Origin: an uncultured virus (IMG/VR IMGVR_UViG_3300037504_000379)
Taxonomy: Duplodnaviria; Heunggongvirae; Uroviricota; Caudoviricetes; Crassvirales
Strand: one strand, 5' to 3'
Length of the DNA: 64,000 bases
IMG/VR virus record: IMGVR_UViG_3300037504_000379
The position numbers and the translations under genes were made by a program. Position 1 is the stretch's first letter. Each line of letters begins with the position of its first letter. The notes below the pieces were generated by a model. The model had not been told where the DNA came from, did not search any database, and worked only from the letters and a program-made list of their open reading frames with translations. Positions 59,860 through 64,000 of the stretch are shown piece after piece.

Positions 59860-60073
59860 GAAACAACAAAGGACGTTAAACGTATAATGTTTAATGTTGC
59901 TGAAGCTGAATTTAACAGTAAGCTTGTTCTTTTAAAATATAGAATTCAACCGGATAAATTTAACAGAGCCGCCTCTCTTTTATGGAAACTTATATTTAAT
60001 TATTATAGTCCGCAAAAGGTAAAACCAACGAATTTATTTTAAACACTTAAAACCCATTATTATGAAAACACAA
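59860..60073 (+). repeat. 214-bp imperfect direct repeat, copy 2
   Basis: Matches 58277-58490. Confidence 0.9.
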
Positions 60074-60232
60074 TCTAAACAAACAACTATCCAGGTTATA
60101 TTCTTGGCTGAATTTAAAACAGTGATCCATGCAAAACGCTTTTATCTTTGCGGAGAGAAGTATAATCTAAGCTTCTATTTAAATTAATCCGCAAGTAAAA
60201 AAAACATTTATTAATTAAAAAACTTAATTATT

Positions 60233-60430
60233 ATGTATAGATATAGACTATATTCAACCGGGCACAACTCAAAAGTCTATGGGAATTGTGAGGTTTGCAA
60301 AAAACATGTTTCTGAAGTATATATCCAGAATGAAGAAAAAATGTTTTTCATGGATGGGCAGGAATATTGGGCCCACAGTTCTATAGTTTTTGGCCATAAA
60401 CAATGTTTGAGGAACATACGGAAAAATTAA
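60233..60430 (+). CDS. small hypothetical protein (CxxC...HxxC)
   Basis: YGNCEVC...FGHKQCL. Confidence 0.65.
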   Translation: MYRYRLYSTGHNSKVYGNCEVCKKHVSEVYIQNEEKMFFMDGQEYWAHSSIVFGHKQCLRNIRKN

Positions 60431-60499
60431 TGAAAAAAATTTGACATTGTAAAAAATTTATCATTATTTTGAATTATAAAACTTTAAAACTTATTAGTT

Positions 60500-61177
60500 A
60501 TGAATACACAAGACTATCAAAGAACAGTAAAATTTAAGGATGACAATAATAATTTTGTCATTGCAGAAATAGAAGTAACTCATAGAAATGGTTATCCAGA
60601 GTTTACTATGAGTGGAGAATACGAAGGAGCACACGGACAAGTTTTTGACCGTGTAAAGCCAGCCAAAACAAGTCAAAGAGAACTTATTGAGCTGTGGAAT
60701 AAATGGCATATGGAACAAATTAATGATCTTGGCTCCTTTGTGAAAAACTTAGATGCGTTACTAGACGACATTGAGGACGAACAAATAAGCAAACAAGTAA
60801 CTGAAGAAGATTCAGAATATTTTGAATTATTTGATGAGCCGGAAACCGTTCACGCTCTTTCTCTAATGCTTGATTTGACTATTGAAGATATTGATACAAT
60901 AGAAGAAGAAGGAGATAATCGTTTCTCTATTGGTGGTATGGAATATCTTTGCGGCACTGGCGAGGAGATGGATGTATTATGGGATAAGGAGCTAGACCGT
61001 TGCTTAGAGGAAATTGTTTATCCCGATTTGCCTGACTATATGCAAATTTATTTTGATGATGAGGCTTGGAAAAGGGACGCGCGTATAGACGGCAGAGCAC
61101 ACATTTTAAATCGGTATGATGGTTCAGAACTTAAATACAAACTAAATGATGTTTGGTATTTTGCATATAAACAATAA
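60500..61177 (+). CDS. hypothetical phage protein
   Basis: 225 aa; LWNKWH and YFD..AW.RD...DGRAH.L..YDG. Confidence 0.75.
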   Translation: MNTQDYQRTVKFKDDNNNFVIAEIEVTHRNGYPEFTMSGEYEGAHGQVFDRVKPAKTSQRELIELWNKWHMEQINDLGSFVKNLDALLDDIEDEQISKQVTEEDSEYFELFDEPETVHALSLMLDLTIEDIDTIEEEGDNRFSIGGMEYLCGTGEEMDVLWDKELDRCLEEIVYPDLPDYMQIYFDDEAWKRDARIDGRAHILNRYDGSELKYKLNDVWYFAYKQ

Positions 61178-61261
61178 AGGGTATTAATTTACCCTTTTCT
61201 TTCCTTTATGGAAAATCCGCAAATAAGAAACAAAAATGTATAATCTTTAAATTTATAAATT

Positions 61262-61564
61262 ATGAAAACAATAAATTGGCACAATGCTAAAAACAATGAA
61301 AAAGGATATTACAAAGATGATAACGGAAAAGTCTTTTATTTTAATCCTGCTAGCTATTTAAATTTTACAAGTGATAACGATCAGGATTCATATGATTTTT
61401 GGATGACAAATACAGGAACTTTAGTAAGAGATAAAAACGATTATTTTGTTTTCTCAGAAATTGGCATTAAAGACGCTTTACGGGATGCAGCCGAACATGA
61501 AACTGATATTTCTAACCTGGCTAAGAAGATGAAAGAGTATGCAGACGAAGTTTTACACGATTAA
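61262..61564 (+). CDS. hypothetical protein
   Basis: 100-aa ORF. Confidence 0.65.
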   Translation: MKTINWHNAKNNEKGYYKDDNGKVFYFNPASYLNFTSDNDQDSYDFWMTNTGTLVRDKNDYFVFSEIGIKDALRDAAEHETDISNLAKKMKEYADEVLHD

Positions 61565-61658
61565 CGGTCACAATCCGTATAAATTCAGAGTGGAACGGAG
61601 CGTAAAAAGCTCTTTTAATGAAGCTAATTAAATGTTAAACTAAAAAATTAAATGCTTT

Positions 61659-61856
61659 ATGGAACGACAAAACAGACAATTAAAACAATTTCAAGAAAAG
61701 TGGCAACAGAATTATAATGTTTCTTCAGAAGTAAGAAAAGCTATTGATTATTTTCTGTCTTTAAAAGCAGTCGGAGAAAGAAACGCCAGACAGAAAGTAG
61801 AAGAAAAAGGATATATTGTTCCTTTTGCCCTACTGAAAGATATGAATAAACTTTAA
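61659..61856 (+). CDS. hypothetical protein
   Basis: 65-aa ORF. Confidence 0.55.
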   Translation: MERQNRQLKQFQEKWQQNYNVSSEVRKAIDYFLSLKAVGERNARQKVEEKGYIVPFALLKDMNKL

Positions 61857-62095
61857 TTATCGCATATCGCAATATGAAATACTAACAGTTAAAATTTAGT
61901 GGTTATGGAAACGATTGAGACAAAAGTGAAACAAATAACTGACATTAATCAGTTAGCAGCACAGAAAGAAATGTATATCAATGCAGGTTATAAAACCTGT
62001 AAAAGATATGAAAACCCAAGCTTAAAAGTAGTATTTAAACAACACTCTCCGTCTATACAAAAGACAGTGTATTTTAAGAAATAAACTTAGTAATT

Positions 62096-63148
62096 ATGGA
62101 AACAAAGGAATTGAGAAAGTTTTGCAAAAAAGCAAACAAATTAAAATCAACACTGCCAATAACAGACAATGTATTGATAAGTAAAGGGCAATTAATTGTA
62201 ACAGACCTAAAACATTTTATTGTTTATAATCCGCCCGAAATTGACCCAGACATTAAATGCTTAATCAATTTTAAAACGTTTAAAAAGATTGTTGACAAGG
62301 TAAAAACTGTTGATATTATTCCTGGTGATACGGTAGAGCTGGAAACAGATAAAGGAATATACAGCCTAAAACAAGATCAGGGCGTTAATGATTTTCCGGG
62401 TTTTCCGAATGATAAGATGAGTAGAAAAGACATTTTGTCAACTGAGGATGTAAAGACAATCAAGAGAGCCGTTAATTATACGTCCAGCGATGAGCTGAGG
62501 CCAGTAATGGAATGTGTGTTAATTGATGGTAACTATGTTGTTGCTACAGATGCACACAAACTTCTATATAAGAAAAGGAAGGGAAACGGACATAAATTTT
62601 TAATTAATAAGCTTGTTGCTTCTCTTTTTGAGGATAAACAACATGAAGTTTTTGCAGATGACAAAGATCAATGGATAGGTATTTGGGATAATTTATACGA
62701 ATATTGGTATATGCAAGAACAAGGAACATACCCACAATGGAAAGCAGTTATTCCAGATACAAGTAGCGTTCCGGCTACAGTAAGAGTAAAGGGCAAAGAT
62801 TTTAAAGAAGCCCTGGAAGCAGCCGAACCAGTTTTGCCCCCTATTCCAAAGATGAGAATGTATGGCAATGTAAAGCAAAACAAACTCAATCTTTACACCA
62901 AAGACCTGGATTTTGATGTTAGTTATAATACAAATATTTCGGCCAGGTGCAAAGGTGAAAGCATGGTGATTGGAATAAATCAAAATTTTATGCTTCAGAT
63001 TTTGAAAACGGAGAAATACGAAGAAGTAGAGATAAAAATGTTTAATCCAGACAAAGCAATGATTATTAATGATGAGTTATTGCTTATGCCTGTTATGCTT
63101 GAGGAAATGGACGAAGAACCAACGCCAAATCAACTGGCTGAAGCATAA
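62096..63148 (+). CDS. dnaN: DNA polymerase III beta sliding clamp-like protein
   Basis: STLPITDNV, S.DELRPVM, VATDAHKL, YPQWKAVIP, IGIN, LLMPVML. Confidence 0.85.
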   Translation: METKELRKFCKKANKLKSTLPITDNVLISKGQLIVTDLKHFIVYNPPEIDPDIKCLINFKTFKKIVDKVKTVDIIPGDTVELETDKGIYSLKQDQGVNDFPGFPNDKMSRKDILSTEDVKTIKRAVNYTSSDELRPVMECVLIDGNYVVATDAHKLLYKKRKGNGHKFLINKLVASLFEDKQHEVFADDKDQWIGIWDNLYEYWYMQEQGTYPQWKAVIPDTSSVPATVRVKGKDFKEALEAAEPVLPPIPKMRMYGNVKQNKLNLYTKDLDFDVSYNTNISARCKGESMVIGINQNFMLQILKTEKYEEVEIKMFNPDKAMIINDELLLMPVMLEEMDEEPTPNQLAEA

Positions 63149-63474
63149 ATAAATGTAGGGCTTATTATTGTCATATAAGACAATTTTAAGCCCTTTTTTA
63201 TCTTTGTGGATGTTTACCCCTCCGCAAAGAATTAAAGCCCTAAAAAAGGCTAAAATATATATTCATTTTTGTAAAGATTGTCAAAAAAAATAAGCCTCAG
63301 GGGTTATAATGAGCGAATATAAGTCAATAGACTTATTAGTTTGTCACAAAAATAGGTTGTTAATGTGACAGACGTGAAAAATGATTATAAACCGTGAAAA
63401 ACAATTATTTTGTCCCCTATTTTGTGAATTTTAGGGACAAAACACTACAAAATTAATAGTAAAGTGCAAACATT

Positions 63475-63687
63475 ATGAAACAAGAAGATCAAGACAAATT
63501 AATTAAATTAAGCAGGAAAGCCGCTGATTTAGAAAGAAAGGCGAACATTGAAGGATACTTAGACGGGTTAAAGGTTGCATATAATATTTTAACTGTTAGG
63601 GAGAACAACGAGACAATAAAACTAATTAGAGAAGAAATTAAAAAAGTCAGAAAGGCTAATCCAGGAATAGAACCAACTATTAAATAA
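63475..63687 (+). CDS. hypothetical protein
   Basis: 70-aa ORF. Confidence 0.6.
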   Translation: MKQEDQDKLIKLSRKAADLERKANIEGYLDGLKVAYNILTVRENNETIKLIREEIKKVRKANPGIEPTIK

Positions 63688-63712
63688 ATACATCGAATTC
63701 GATGCTTTTAAA

Positions 63713-63901
63713 ATGAAATACGAGAAGTTTAAAAACCAGTGTTTAAGAAAGAGACGCTACACATACAAACAAGCAGTAAACGAGCTTAAAAAGCTTAATA
63801 AGAACAAAACTGTATTTTATATGTATGCCTGTCCTCTTTGCAGAAAATTCCATCTCACTAAACAAAGCAGATGTTTAAACAAACAAAATTTAACGCCATG
63901 A
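63713..63901 (+). CDS. small zinc-finger phage protein
   Basis: C..KRRY...A...Y.CPLC..FHLT. Confidence 0.7.
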   Translation: MKYEKFKNQCLRKRRYTYKQAVNELKKLNKNKTVFYMYACPLCRKFHLTKQSRCLNKQNLTP

Positions 63902-64000
63902 CACACAAACAAATTAAGTACAATGAAATTATCACGGCTATTAAGCAAGCCGAGACACAGGATCAGTTAGATGCTATAATTAGAAAGCATCCTGAGATTA

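Overview
Most of the genome of a podovirus-like, crAss-related Bacteroidota phage in the standard genetic code. The host assignment rests on TAnnTTTG promoters, a DUF3127 gene and crAss-like gene order. Bases 1-38.6 kb are read on the minus strand: replication/accessory genes, a lysis module, internal-virion, tail, capsid, portal and terminase genes, and a five-gene glycan-modification operon. Bases 38.8-64 kb are read on the plus strand: tRNA-His, recA, HNH nuclease, nucleotide enzymes, two DNA methyltransferases, primase, a tnpB-only IS200/IS605 element, a tyrosine recombinase, a GIY-YIG nuclease, a beta clamp and many small genes. The main unexplained structure is a dispersed family of seven hairpin-bounded, attC-like gene-cassette loci carrying 10 cargo ORFs. 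Each starts with ..TAAC-GG (usually GCTAACGG), mostly at an upstream stop codon, and six close with the complementary GTTA.. (usually GTTAGC). They occur singly or as arrays. Some have cargo nested inside a hairpin loop, some are 'empty' with a conserved CGTTTTAATG junction, and all arms checked fold best on the sense strand. Product calls come from motif recognition by eye; no database searches were run.
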